NCBI GenBank assembly: GCA_047495785.1
Contig: JBLDXI010000001.1
Span: forward strand, 3,348,001-3,412,000
Length of the DNA stretch: 64,000 bases
Direction of reading: 5' to 3'
Source of the DNA: Lepidodermella squamata
Lineage: Eukaryota > Animalia > Gastrotricha
The notes beneath the pieces were generated by a model. It searched no databases, was not told the origin of the DNA, and worked only from the letters and a program-made list of their open reading frames with translations. Made by a program: the position numbers and the translations under genes. Each line of letters begins with the position of its first letter. The first letter of the stretch is position 1. Positions 51,415 to 64,000 of this stretch are shown here, piece by piece.

Positions 51415-51753
51415 CCGTCTCGGAACAAAAACCATGACATTTGTTTTTTTTCAAACGTTGATGAACCCCTGACATTTATTTCGGGCCTGACATTTATTTA
51501 TCCGAACCAATGAGTAACTGCCTAGGTAACCAAAATGGTATACATTTCCCTGAGTTTCTACGTATTTTGACCCAAAATTGGTCCCTGACCTTTCTAAATG
51601 CTAAGAGTAGAAATTAGCTCCATTCAGAATGGCTATAATGAACTCATTAGTGATCTTCGGTATTGTCCCCCTATTGACCTGACATTTATTATTTCGAACG
51701 ACCTCTAACCTCTGACATTTATTTGAGGCTGACATTTTTTTCGGGCAGTACGG
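51415..51753. mobile_element. TA-flanked MITE-like element with repeated TGACATTT motif
   Basis: TA|CCGT...ACGG|TA ends and six copies of (C)TGACATTT. The left TIR is degenerate. Confidence 0.55.
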
Positions 51754-52338
51754 TAAGTATGCGGCATAATTTTTTTAAACTTTAAAACACAACAATTTTC
51801 CTAACTCAGGGAATCTTTAAACAAACTTTATATCGATCCGTGGCCCTGATTTCAGGATTTTACGAGTATTTCAGGAGTATACGATTCATAATTCAGCCTG
51901 TAGAGCCGATATCGATTCCAAGTATCGATTTTACAAATCAGTTATTTTTCCGATATCAGCCGTCTTGGAACCCAACATCGATAACTTTTCTACGTAGCTT
52001 AGGGCACCAGGCAGCTATAATAAAAATCTTAAGTACAGGGAGGGCATCAGTGTCGATCAACATAGGAATAAGCCGAAATCGCAAAGAACATGACAAATTT
52101 AGTGCTGGAACCTCATTTTTAGTGGTGCAACTGTTTGGACCCATTGGCTATAAGAAAATGCGCAAGTGAGAACTGAGGTATACCTGTGATCGTCCTTGAC
52201 AGTCAGCGATAGGGAGCGATAAATTAACAGAACAAACAGAACAACTGATAATTTTCGAAAAAATTGCGTTATTTTATTACTTATTAGGAAAGATCACAAA
52301 TAGCAAAACGAGACGAGGTAGTGATAATGACGAGTCTT

Positions 52339-52767
52339 CTAACAATGCCGTTTTGAGGCACACTGGCCCGGACTGGTGGGTGTGCCGAATCGAGGTTCGT
52401 CGTCAGACCATTGTCTCCTGCGTTTTGGCAGTTCGCAAGCTGAAAAAATGGAATTAGTAATTTTGTGAAATTTTCCTAGTATCAACTCACCTAACCTAGC
52501 CCGTTTCACGGCATATTCCGGGCTTTGTAGCGGTGTTTGAAATGGCCCTTGTCTTTCGTGTTTCGGCTTATCAACGTGGTCGTCTGGAGCCATGGGCGAG
52601 CAACACCTCTCCTCCTCGTGTAGCGTTTCTCTTATACGGAGATTTTTAAAGGTGGGCGAGCGTAAAACGCCGTTTTTTCGTTGCCCCTCGTTGTTGTTGT
52701 TGTTGTTGTCAGTAATTAAGTGGAAGCGCGACGCAGCTATAGGTGTCGGGTTGCTGGGACGGCGCAT
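52339..52767 (-). CDS. Orphan small basic disordered protein (125 aa spliced), probably heat-shock inducible
   Basis: ATG 52767, in-frame 51-nt intron 52490-52440 (GTGAGT...CTAAT...TTTTCAG), several SP/TP sites, NLS-like PKRRR. Confidence 0.7.
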   Translation of the reverse strand: MRRPSNPTPIAASRFHLITDNNNNNNEGQRKNGVLRSPTFKNLRIRETLHEEERCCSPMAPDDHVDKPKHERQGPFQTPLQSPEYAVKRARLGELILGKFHKITNSIFSACELPKRRRQWSDDEPRFGTPTSPGQCASKRHC

Positions 52768-52858
52768 GTTTGCTAGAATGAATCGTCGTAGTAGTAGCAG
52801 TAAGCGATAATTGCGTGTGGTTAGTGGTGAAATGTATGGCGAGTGAGGGCGCGCGCAT

Positions 52859-52961
52859 TATTTATAACGATCCTCGGAGAGTTCTGGAATATTCTGCGCA
52901 GAGTGACCAATGGCCACTCGCGTTAGCGCAAGCTCCGCCCACAACGTTTCTCGAATGTTCG
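52859..52961 (-). promoter_or_regulatory. Heat-shock-type promoter: TATA box, two perfect HSEs, CCAAT and GC box
   Basis: TATAAATA (minus strand, 52866-52859), gTTCtgGAAtaTTCt 52881-52895, CCAAT about 52907, CTCCGCCCA about 52933, tTTCtcGAAtgTTCg 52947-52961. Confidence 0.75.
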
Positions 52962-54028
52962 GCGAGCGGTTGTTTGTTGACTCAACATCCGCTGTAGCGA
53001 TGCTGTACAAATTAGCGTTTCAAAATGTAACTGAAAATACTAGTATGTCGCAACATTTCAGTTCAGTGTAACCAATTTCATAGGAAGGTTTAAACATACG
53101 GCTTTAGGCATATTATACAGTATATAATTATTTTATCGATTTTATTTCATCTCTTGTTTACCAGGTCTATTAGGTATAATTTTACTGAATCGATTTTATG
53201 AATTTTCACAAAATAAAATATTCATCAATATTCTGGTGTTACTAGTGTTAATCAGTCCCATATTTTTCACGAACAGCGAGAATAGGCTAATGAAGCTGGA
53301 AAATGTCCCGGAAATTGTCAGTCAAAAAAGTGACGCGCTACTTTGGCCTAAAAAAATAAATTTGCAACCGTCAACCTAGAAAACTCCGATTTTCCAAGTA
53401 AAAATAGGATGCAATATTACTTTTAATATTTGCAATAGCTGTGAGTAGCATCTATCTTTTTTCAATCCGGATTCAGAAGAAATTATGATTTCGCCAAATT
53501 ATCTGCAAAATCGACGTCATATCGAAATGTTTCCCGTTTCGATTGCGAACTGCGAGTTCCCTGAACAAATGATAATCACATAGAAATCTTCAAAAGTCTC
53601 TGTTGCTACATTTTGCCTCTTGAATCCATATTGAAGCCTCAAAAATTCCGTCAACTCACCGCTCAAACTTTTTAATTTATTCAAGTGCGGCATCTCAAAC
53701 TTAGCCGCGAAATATATATAAAAAACACAATGGAAGACGCTGATCGATTGACAACGAGCACACAATAATTAGTAGGTATAATATCAATCAAAACAACTAC
53801 GGAAGCAACTCAAAGACATGGATTGTTTCGCGAAGTCAAAATAATCATATTAACGGTTTAGAAAATTTGAATCAAGCGCATCGAACAGATCGAATTGAGG
53901 CAATACTCGTATTGAAACTAGCCAACAGGAAGAGAGATTACTTCGAAATATTGGACCGAGTTCTCACAACGCATTTCGTTGATTTTTCTTCAGGAAAAAT
54001 GGCACCATTATAATTTTTTAAATACTGA

Positions 54029-55545
54029 TTAAACATAAGTCGTTTGCTGTTTAGACGCTGCAAAACTAGACGAGCTACTATTTGGATTGCTAGTTGACGC
54101 ATTTGGGCGGAACCTGAGCGCTAGTAACACAGCACACAACACAGCAGGCAGCGAAAACACGAATGACGTCGCTAACAGCATCCAATTGCTGTTAGTACGG
54201 TTATACGCTGAGTGATTCACAGAAAACATCATTCCAAACACAGCTAATAGCGCCAATGGGAAGCGGAAAATAGCCAGAGCGCCTGAAATCGCGATAGGAC
54301 TGGGTGTTGGGTTTGAGGCCACTAATACGCTGACTCGGGCTTGTTCCATCGAAGGAAAGTAAAATCCTAAAAATTCAACAAATTAGATAACAAATCAGCA
54401 ATTTTTACGCATAACTTACCAACAGCGATTTGAGAGATCACTAAGAATAACAATAAAAAGTCATTCGACCATCTGAATGACGCAATCACAGTCATGGCCA
54501 GTAGTGAAAGGCTGAGCACGTGAGAAGATAGGGCCAGTGAAACGAAGGGCGAAACTCGACCCCATCCATCGATCAACTTATTACCAAACCAGCCGCATGC
54601 AAAGCCAAGCATCAAAGCTGAGAATACCACTCCCAGCGGGATGGCCGTTGATAGATTTGATGGCTGCAATAGAGGGGTCCATACGAATATTAGCAGGTAA
54701 ACGTTTGCTTCTGTCAGCGCTTGAAGCGATCCCAAGAGGAATAAATTTTTATCTGACCGCAAAGCCTCAACGCCATCTGCGCAAACTTGCGACATTCGCA
54801 TTTGACCTGATCCTTTATTATCAGTCCAAAATCTCATGACGTAAGCCACGCCAATCAGCAAAGGAATTATTCCGAAAATTGAAGGCGCGACTGGGCCGAG
54901 GCGCAAAAACTGGCTAAGAAAATCGCCGACGATACCGGCAACGACGGCAAAAACGTTGCTGATGTAGGTAGATTTCGTGAATGTAACAGCAAGCCATTCC
55001 CTCGGAAAATCAGCATCAACATGGGATGTTCCATACCAAGCCGACAGGGCCATAAATAAGACGGAAGAGGCACTTCCTTGAAGAATTCGACTGCCGATAA
55101 GCACGCCGTAGTCTGAAGAGAGTTTCATCAACGCTGAAATACAGCATGCCAGTGAAGACAAAATGATCAGCAGGCATCTTGAGACATAATCTGGCAGCAG
55201 TTGACCAAATGTGCCACATATCACCGACGAAACAAGTCCGGCAGCGTAAATGGCTGCGATTTGATGAGTTTCGAAACCGTATTTGGCGTAAAGATCATAA
55301 AGATACGGTGCTGCAAAAATGATTGGAATTAAAGATTGTATTTTAACGCGGTATACATTACCTTGAAGCCAATCTGCAAGGATGAACATTGCGAATGGTA
55401 TGAGATACGATCGCTGAACCCCACTGAAGTTTGGATTTGTGAGCTTGCTAACAGAAATAATGTTTCTGTAGTAGCCCAAGTGAAGTCCTGCACACAGGAC
55501 GAATACCAAAAAGAACAGGAAATAAGTGAACTCGTTAAACAGCAT
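54029..55545 (-). CDS. MFSD5: Molybdate-anion transporter / MFS domain-containing protein 5
   Basis: QRSYLIPF...ADWLQ|APYLYDLYAKYGF, RILQG.ASSVLF..LSAWY..H..FPREWL..TF, GSLQALTE..YLLIFVWTP.L, IPLGVVFSALM, IFRFPL. Three exons. Confidence 0.88.
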
Positions 55546-56976
55546 TTCTGCCGCCTAGACTGGGAGACAAAACGGTAGAAAATTAATTGTATGATGCGAA
55601 AAATACGCAGTAATAGAGCCATAATGTCTGAGCATGTACTTATCTACCCTTAATAATCTCAATCGCGACCTGAGACTGCAGACGAACGATATATGTTACA
55701 GGTCACAACTATATAAATTCATCGGCTGCAAAAATTACGTTTGCAGCTTCTGTTGATCAGAGGTCAGCAGAACAACAGATTCGAATTGAGCTACCGATCA
55801 AAAGTTCAACAGAATTACCCTAGGAACTGCGAACCTAAGGATCCCAGCAAATCCAAACGTTGGACTTTCACTCAGGTAAAGTACGTAAGTATTTGCTCAA
55901 ATATTTGCCAATCCTAAGACATCAGATTACTTATGGTGGCTGGGAGATAAGTAATCAAGTGTGAGTCAACTCTGGTGCGCAATAGACAGCTTTCAGTCTT
56001 GCCAACCTTCAAATGGCTGCCAACAGGCCGTTAACTGGCGGTGAACTTTCGATAACAGCCACCAATAGTTTGAATGGCGGCTTTCAATAGAAGAACGCAG
56101 CACAGCAATCGGGTTGAAATCCGCGCTAAAAAAACCCTGGCACAGCTTTTGAGTTCGGCCTGAAAATACATGCGGCAAAATTATTACGTAACTCAGTTAA
56201 ATTAATGATAACTTATATTAAAAGCAGGTAATATACGCTTCTGGTATGTATTATGTTTTACGGGTGAAATTGCGAAAAATCAGGAAAATTGTTTGGGAAA
56301 AATATTGGAAAATAAAAAACAGCCAGCCTTGAATCGTCGTCAGCTCATTCAATGCAGCTTTCGCAGGCAATACGAAAAGAGTTTTCATCCATGTGAATTT
56401 TTCGAAATGTCGGATATGTATGTTGCACCGCCAAATTACCCTGCTCAATCCGCATTTTCCACGCTCGATATATTGTTTTTTCATTAGGTTTTAACTTGCA
56501 CTCAATTATTCACTCTCTTGTGTGAATTGAAAACTCCAAAATTTTGGGCTGAAAGCTGAAAGGCATTGTTGCATTTTTGTTGCTAAGTTTGAAGAATACT
56601 CTTATTTGGAGCTCCGTTGTCAATCAGTACTCCCTGCTTCCTGGGAATCAGGTTTTTCTCGTCTTTCGTGTCAGTTGTAAAAGCTCCTATCATTTACATA
56701 CATCTGAATGCTTCCTGCCTCTGTGAATTTCTAGAGGGAGAAATGTTCGTAACTTTCAGCTCAGTCGTAATATTTTTATGCATCTTCTTGGTTGAATTTA
56801 AGAGCGTGGAGAGTTGCCTCACCTCTCACCTCTGTTTTCAGAGTGTGAAGCGTGTGAAGTAAGAGTGTGAAGACACTTCACCATGGGTGAAGTGTACCAG
56901 AAGCGGTGATCGATTTAGAAAATTTCACCGCTGAGAACAATTATAATTGCTGATTTTCTAGATTATATTTATTAAG

Positions 56977-58449
56977 ATGGAAGACCTGGAAACGAAAATT
57001 CTCGGTGCGGTTGATGCACTGGGTTCTGTGAACACTGTGAAGTTGTCCAGTGATTGGAATGTTGATCATCAAAAAGTTGTTGGTGCGATGAAAAGTATTC
57101 AATCCTATGGTGATATAATCACTGCGGACCCGTCTCAAATCAAATCATGGGAATTGACTGCAGAAGGTCAAGAAGTCGCAGACAACGGCTCTCATGAGTT
57201 TCGCGTATTTAACAGCATTCCAGAAAGCGGTATTAACCAAGACGATGTGATTAAGTTGTTTTCATCTGCTAAAATTGGAATAAGCAAAGCTTTAGCTGAA
57301 AAATGGATTCGTCTCGAAAAGGGCAATCCTCCAAAGCTGTTCAAAGTCGCAACTTCTGCTGAAGATAAGACTGCCGATGTATTGCGAAAAATTAATGCAG
57401 ACCACGAGTCAGTACCGGAGAAAGAGAAGGCGGATTTAAAGAAGCGAAAGCTTATCCAAGAATCAAAAACCACCACTTTCACAATTACCAAAGGCGCGAA
57501 TTTTACGATTAAACTCGCCAAACAAGAAACGGAGCTGACCCCTGAAATGATTGCCTCCGGATCTTGGCGCACTACTCATTTCAAGCCGTACAATTTGAAT
57601 GCACTCGGTGTACCTCCTCAGGCAGGACACTTGCATCCGCTATTGAAAGTGAGAGCTGAGTATCGCCAAATTTTCCTCGAAATGGGTTTTACCGAAATGC
57701 CGACTAATAATTTTGTCGAAAGTAGCTTTTGGAATTTCGATGCCTTGTTCCAGCCTCAGCAACATCCTGCTCGTGATGCTCATGACACTTTCTTCTTATC
57801 TGACCCGGCGAATTGTTCAACATTTCCCGAGGAGTACCTTGAAAAGGTGAAGAAAGTCCACTCGGAAGGTGGCTATGGTTCTACTGGTTACAAGTACAAT
57901 TGGCTGAGGGAAGAAGCAGCGAAAAATGTGTTGCGCACACACACGACTGCCGTTAGTGCTCGAATGCTGTATGCCATTGGTCAACAAAAAGAGTTCAAGC
58001 CAGTTCGTTTGTTCAGTATGGACAGAGTTTTCCGTAACGAAACACTGGATGCTACGCATTTGGCCGAATTTCATCAGATTGAGGGTGTTGTTGCAGATCG
58101 TGGGCTCAATTTAGGCCATTTAACTGGCTTGGTCACTGAGTTCTTCAACAAACTTGGAATCAGGGAGCTCCGTTTCAAGCCTACTTACAACCCGTACACA
58201 GAGCCTAGTATGGAGGTTTATAGTTACCACCCTGGCTTGAAAAAGTGGGTTGAGCTCGGCAATTCAGGCATTTTCCGGCCTGAGATGTTGCTACCCATGG
58301 GACTTCCGCCAGATGTGAACGTAGTTGCGTGGGGCTTTGGGCTTGAACGGCCCACTATGATTAAATACGGCATTGATAACATCCGTGATTTGGTTGGAAA
58401 CAAAGTGAACTTGCAAGTGATCCAAGACAACCCGATATGCCGACTGTGA
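56977..58449 (+). CDS. FARSA: Phenylalanyl-tRNA synthetase alpha subunit (cytosolic), single coding exon
   Basis: [75 protein letters not shown]. Confidence 0.98.
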   Translation: MEDLETKILGAVDALGSVNTVKLSSDWNVDHQKVVGAMKSIQSYGDIITADPSQIKSWELTAEGQEVADNGSHEFRVFNSIPESGINQDDVIKLFSSAKIGISKALAEKWIRLEKGNPPKLFKVATSAEDKTADVLRKINADHESVPEKEKADLKKRKLIQESKTTTFTITKGANFTIKLAKQETELTPEMIASGSWRTTHFKPYNLNALGVPPQAGHLHPLLKVRAEYRQIFLEMGFTEMPTNNFVESSFWNFDALFQPQQHPARDAHDTFFLSDPANCSTFPEEYLEKVKKVHSEGGYGSTGYKYNWLREEAAKNVLRTHTTAVSARMLYAIGQQKEFKPVRLFSMDRVFRNETLDATHLAEFHQIEGVVADRGLNLGHLTGLVTEFFNKLGIRELRFKPTYNPYTEPSMEVYSYHPGLKKWVELGNSGIFRPEMLLPMGLPPDVNVVAWGFGLERPTMIKYGIDNIRDLVGNKVNLQVIQDNPICRL

Positions 58450-58614
58450 ATCAAAAACTTATTGTGATTTATGGGTTTCAAGGGTCTGGTGCATGTTTTT
58501 CGTTGCAGCTGTGAAAAATTGAAAAAGAACAGAGGAAACTTAGCACATCTGAAAAATATGTTATTTCTTTTTCTAGAAATAATTCCAACCGAGTTGACAT
58601 TTTAAAGTTATAAC

Positions 58615-61600
58615 ATGTTCGACGACGAAGATGATATCCCCGAGGTATACTAAGTTTGTTAAGATGGATCAATTGAAGATTTGTTTGGTTATAGTGTCCT
58701 TTGTGCCTCGATCCCCTCGAATTGGACGATGTCAGCTTCTTCCCTTGCACCTGTGGATATCAGGTAAATTTTTGGCTGAACTATTTATCATGGCGTAAAA
58801 TATTTCTCTAACTAAAGGTGTGCCGGTTTTGCTGGCATCGGATTCGAACCGATGAAAACGGCCTCTGTCCTCAATGTCGAAAACCATATTCTGAGGACCC
58901 AGTGAGGTTTAAACCGTTATCAAACGAAGAGTGAGTTAATGTTTGAACAATCGAAATCTGATTGAAATTCTTATATTTTTTAGAATTTCGAAAATGAAGA
59001 AAGATCGAGACCGTAGGGCGAAAGAGAAGAAGGGGAACGCCCTCGACAGTCGCAAACACCTCGCGAATCTGAGGGTAGTGCAACCGAACCTCCTCTTCGT
59101 TGTCGGGCTGACGCAGCGGATGGCGGACGCGGAGCTGCTGAAGCGGTCCGAATACTTCGGCCGATTCGGCAAAATCAATAAACTATCTGTGACAGTGACA
59201 AGTAACAACAACAACAACAACAACTCGTCGTCAATGAGCGCGCCGGCGAATTCTTCCACGTCGAGCGGCGCTCAACAGCCTCGGTTCAGTGCAACGTGCC
59301 ACGTAACGTACGCGAAAGCGGAGGATGCGCTGCGGGCACTGCTCTTCCTCGACCAGTCTCAACTCGATAGCCGCACTCTTCGTATATCCATCGGTACAAC
59401 GAAATATTGTTCGAATTTCGTGAAAGGCAATCCTTGCCATCGAAAGGTTGGTATAAATTCATTAATATTTTGCTACTACCCACCGTCGGTCAAGAAATAA
59501 CCCAGCATTTTGGAAGTATTTGAAAGCTTACAATTAATTTTTTAAAAGAATTCTTAGATTCGCTTTTCGAATTGAACATTTTATCATATATTTTTGAGCT
59601 GGGCTTATCACGGCATCATGTGGATTCAACAAACTTGAAAATCAGAATTTTCCCTACTTGGGTTAGGTGTAAACTTCTAAGATTTCGTTTCTCAAATAGA
59701 TTTTTCGATTGTGCGATTTGAATATAATTTTTTTCACAGGATTGCACATATCTTCACGAAGTGGGGCCTTCAGACGCGAGTTTCACGAAGGAAGCGATGC
59801 AGGACGGCAAGCACGTCGAGTACGAGCGTCGGCTTTTGCTCGACTTTGTCGCGCGCAATCCTCATCTTGCCCAACAAGTTGACATTTCCAAAATCAGCAA
59901 CAAATCGCTGCCTGCTGCTCAACAGCAACAAATACAGGGTGGTGCCGGCGAGGTGTCGGCAATCATCACCCCGCAACAGGTGCAGCCGTTGTTGCCGAAT
60001 AGTGGCAACGAAAACGGCCCGCGGTCCTTACAACAACAGGCCGCGTCGCAGGTAGTCAATGGTAATTCGAAAAACGGCAACGGCAATAACAACGGCTCTG
60101 TTGCGCCGACTTCGAAACACCTGCCCCGGGTTGCGGCTGCGGCGGCGCCAGCCTCTGCAGCCGCAGCGGTGCGGAAAAACGGCTCCACTGCCGCGGCAGT
60201 CGTAGCGGGATCAGCCGCTGCGACGAATGGGTCCAGTTCTTCCGCAGCCGCGACTTCGACTCGCGTTCGAAATCGAAGCGGATCGGCGTCCGGTACTAAT
60301 AAACAACGCGGCAGCCAGCAACCGGCTAAACCAGTCTCGAAAAGCAAAGACGACGCGTCAATAGGTTTGTTAGATTTAAATTTAGGTTTTGTTAGACGAA
60401 AGAACTGCCAGCTTAAAGTCTTCCATGATCTATTTCACCCCGGATTCGTCTTTATTCATTTTTCACACATCGATTTGATGCCCCGTTCGACTCAGAAATT
60501 GGGACTTGAAACCATAGTAACCTTTCGATGGTTCCGATCACCAGTGGGCTATTAAAGGGGGTTGTCAGATAATGAAGAAGCTGGAAAACATAATTTCTAT
60601 CTAAAAAGACAAGATCAATAATTTATCAGTGCGTATGACAAATTCGTTTTTAAAAATCTAAAATGTATTTTCAACTCTGGTAATTTTATAGCAGATCTTT
60701 GCCCTGATTATAATTTTCCTACAGTAATATTGGAGCATTTTATAATTAATTAGTAATTCTAGAAATTTGATTTTTAATGGGATACCTTTTTTACCCCCGC
60801 CGGAATTTTTTTAGTATAGTGGGTACCAAGTACTCATGTGGTGTCTGGTAAACTTATTGTTTATTGTCTCGCTGATATTGATGTGTTTACCATGATTATT
60901 GATGCAAATGACCTAATCAGAAAAGTTTCAGTTACGGTCTTGAAACCCACGCCTAACTGAAATTATTTAAGGCTGAAAACCCAAACCCGATTTTATCTCT
61001 TGTAAAATAAAGATATTTTATCATCTCGAAATTTTGAAACATTTCTGGAAATGAAATATTTATCATTTCGAGTATCTTGTTCGTTTCTTGGCCCAGATTC
61101 GTTTTCGGTCCTCGAATACATTGGTTTAATATTTTTCCCATTTTTATCTTCATAGGAAACTCGAATTCCAGCCAAAATCATCAGTCACAGCCACAGCAGC
61201 AACAACAACAGCATCAATCACAGCGCAGCGCTCGACCTTCAAACAACATCAGCAGTAACAGCACAGCAAATATCAGTAAAAACGGCATGAACGGCTCGAT
61301 CAACAACGTGAAAGCATCCCTTCACAGTAAATCGGCGGAAAACGCCGGCGTGCGGCCATCGTCGTCCAGTTCCTCGGTGCTGAAACCACCCGGACGATCG
61401 CCCGCCGTCCGCACCAGCCGCCTGACCACCCCGGACGAGCCTGTGTGGTGGGGCCTCGAAGACGGCGCGGAAGACGCCGGCCTTTCATCAGCCTCGACCT
61501 CGCCTTCAAACAACGTCGGCGTTGATTTGAGCTCGAAAATCGTCGGAGAAACCTCCGCGCCGAGCCCGTTGCTAACCAACGGCGTCGACAGCGGTTTCGT

Positions 61601-63325
61601 GTCGTCATCGTCGTCCACCGGCGGCTCAGAGCCGTCGTCGATCGCCCTTCAGACCCCGCAAAACACCGCGACCAACACGCTGGTGTCGCTGTTCTCGACA
61701 GGACCCGAAATTTTCAGCAATCAGCCGTCGACAACCGCATCGTCCCTCGCGAATGTCGACCGGGCGATTGCGGCCATCTTACTACCATCAGACCGATCAA
61801 CTCAATCGCATCAATCGAATCACATGCAACAGCATCAACAACCGGTGCCTATGCCACCAGGTCGGCCGATTGATTTGAAGGACATTCTGCGGAGTTGTGC
61901 CGGGATTCAACAGCCGCCTCAGCCTGTGATGAGCAGCGCGAATTCTGACTGTTGTGACGATCTCGATGTCGACCCGATGGAAGAATCGATCCGGCGCCTC
62001 AACGACCTGATGGCGGCCGAGCAGCAGCGGAAAAAGACGCAGCAATCGATTCCGACTAACAACAACAATAACAACAATTATTCGTCGTCGTATTCGTTGT
62101 TCCAGCAACACCCAGTCGGCGCCATTGGCGATAAAGCACCGGGATATTCGCAACAACAACAGCAGCAGCCATTACCGCCTGGCTACAACCAGCGGGTCGT
62201 GCAACAGCCTCAGGCGTCAAACTACCCATCAATCAGTTCTTCGTCACTTTTCGCTTCATATCAACACCACCAGCAACAGCAACAACAACAGCAGCATCAC
62301 AACGGCCAAAATCACCACCATCATTCACATAATAACACCAATAACAGCCATTACAACGCAAACGGCGCGTCGTGGCCGATGTTCAACTCGAATTCGTACA
62401 ATGATGCGAGGATGAGTTACAACGGCTTTGGGACTACCCAGAACACGACAGCTTCGTCGTCGTCTAGCGGCGATTCGTCAAGTTTGGCCAACTGGTTGTT
62501 GCCGTCGATTCAGCAGCAACAGCAACAACAACAGCCGCAACAAATGGCGGCTAATAACGGCTATTCGAACTCGTCTCAGCAGCATAGTAATAACGGTTAT
62601 GGCATTCAACAGACCACGCAAAGATCGTCCGCCAATGACTATTTGGCAACGGTGTTTGCAGCTGCCGGCAAAGTAAGCCTTAGATCCATCGATTTTTTTT
62701 CTAAAATTAATTTGTCACTGTTGGCGGGGATTTAAGCAATTTTGATTTGTTTTTTTCTGGCTCTTATCACGGGGTGCAGCTCATAAAATTTGGCAGATTG
62801 TGTTTATTTCCTCCCGCTTTTTTCATTATCAACACAGCTGTGTTTGTTAGTTAAACTAGAGTGTTGATAAATCACTCCCTAGATGACTTATGTGACCTCT
62901 TGGCCCTGGATTTAACTTGTACTGGGGAAAATATTCACTCTCTGATATCACCTTGGATAAAATACTTCTACTAAAATGGATATCTCGATATATGGCACAG
63001 GGAATATTGAGCTACCCGACTAGAAATAATATTTTTTCCTGAATTATTTAACTTGTCCAGAAGAAATTACCTATGGTAATGCTACCAAAAACAATTTTGG
63101 TAGGCAATTTACATTGATACATTTAATCCCAGCTGCAGTTTTTACAGGCGGGTATTTTACCTGCATTTTCGTGGTGTTTTTTATGCGTGTAATTACGTTG
63201 TTAAGACAATAGCGGGAATAATGGCGTGCAAACCCGTGAATCACCACCTTAATTATGGCGTTCCGCGTTTTTTCAGTTATTTATATATAACATGCTTTTT
63301 TATTATCTTTTTTCAGCGCATGTAA
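58615..63325 (+). CDS. CNOT4: CCR4-NOT subunit 4 (RING E3 ligase)
   Basis: Exons 58615-58644, 58695-58763 and 58819-58930 build the C4C4 RING (CPLCLDPLELDD.SFFPCTCGYQVCRFCWHRI..NGLCPQCR). RRM (LRVVQPNLLFVVGL), C3H (GTTKYCSNF..C..CTYLH), and CAF40-binding-like DDLDVDPMEESIRRLNDLM. The last micro-exon is uncertain. Confidence 0.93.
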
Positions 63326-64000
63326 TCGATCTGGTGCCTGCTCTTTAACGATCGAAACAGACTTTCCTGGAACATAATAAGCTGCAAAATAGTATAATAT
63401 TGTTAATATAACGCAGGGTTCTGCTACTTTTAGTGATAATCATGAATCAATGAATGAGTGATGATGTCTATTCTCGACTAACATTCTCCTCGCTGCTTAC
63501 TCAGAGCGGCGATTCACCAGTTTTAGGCGTACAAAAAGCAGTCTTAGGACCCACTTTTAACAGATCCTTTATCTTTTCGTGAGAATCTAATTTAATAATC
63601 CGGGAACTATTTGAGCGAAAAAGGAAACGTGAGTGAAATGTGCTGCTGCTGATGATGAAGAGGTTCGAATCATACATCGTCGTTCGTGTCTGTTGGCTTA
63701 TAATACTATTGATCGCATGATGAAGATGGAGGCGCTTCGATGACTGTGTACAAATAACAGCTAAATAACGCGACTAAATAAATATATAAATCTATCTATA
63801 TATATATAAATGAAAAAATGAGATGAAAGGATGTTAAAACACACACACGTGCATGAAAAGTGGCCAAAACTTTTTGCGTAGAGAATCTGGGCCGAGGTTG
63901 ATGCGCTTCTCGAGAGCTGTGCTGTGACTGCAAAAAATCGAACGAATTGACCACCGAGTCTATTTTCTCTCTAAAAATCGCTGGCTTTTTTCAATGATCA

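Noticed and set aside
53517-53765. Minus-strand 82-aa ORF downstream of MFSD5
   Set aside because: No consistent exon chain or motif; unresolved without transcript data.
59919-60347. 142-aa Ala-rich minus-strand ORF
   Set aside because: Antisense of the low-complexity CNOT4 exon.

Overview
Eukaryotic, animal-type DNA from a compact genome. Most introns are about 50-60 nt GT-AG, so the supplied ORFs are mostly exon fragments; gene models were rebuilt by hand from splice signals. The left arm (1-33 kb) and right arm (52-64 kb) are gene-dense: kinesin-8 (KIF18-like, 5'-truncated), a TRPC-family channel, DNMBP/Tuba, a divergent tetraspanin, two head-to-head orphan secreted proteins, a Shaw-like Kv subunit with a degenerate gate, COX5A, TRMT1, PAAF1, HACD, WDR35, an orphan with a classical heat-shock promoter, MFSD5, FARSA and CNOT4. 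The middle (33-52 kb) is rich in transposon remnants (MITEs, a decayed LTR element, LINE 3' ends) and holds three paralogs of an unrecognised type I membrane protein. Best candidates for new biology: (1) that receptor family, with an 8-Cys ectodomain, a strongly diverged segment, a juxtamembrane Cys cluster and an ITAM-like tail; (2) operon-like clusters (HACD-PAAF1-TRMT1-COX5A and FARSA-CNOT4) with donor-less splice acceptors before the ATGs and AATAAA seen only after the last gene of the four-gene cluster, suggesting SL trans-splicing; (3) heat-shock elements in both an orphan gene promoter and an LTR; (4) a putative regulatory Kv subunit. The organism cannot be identified from this window, and no database search was run.
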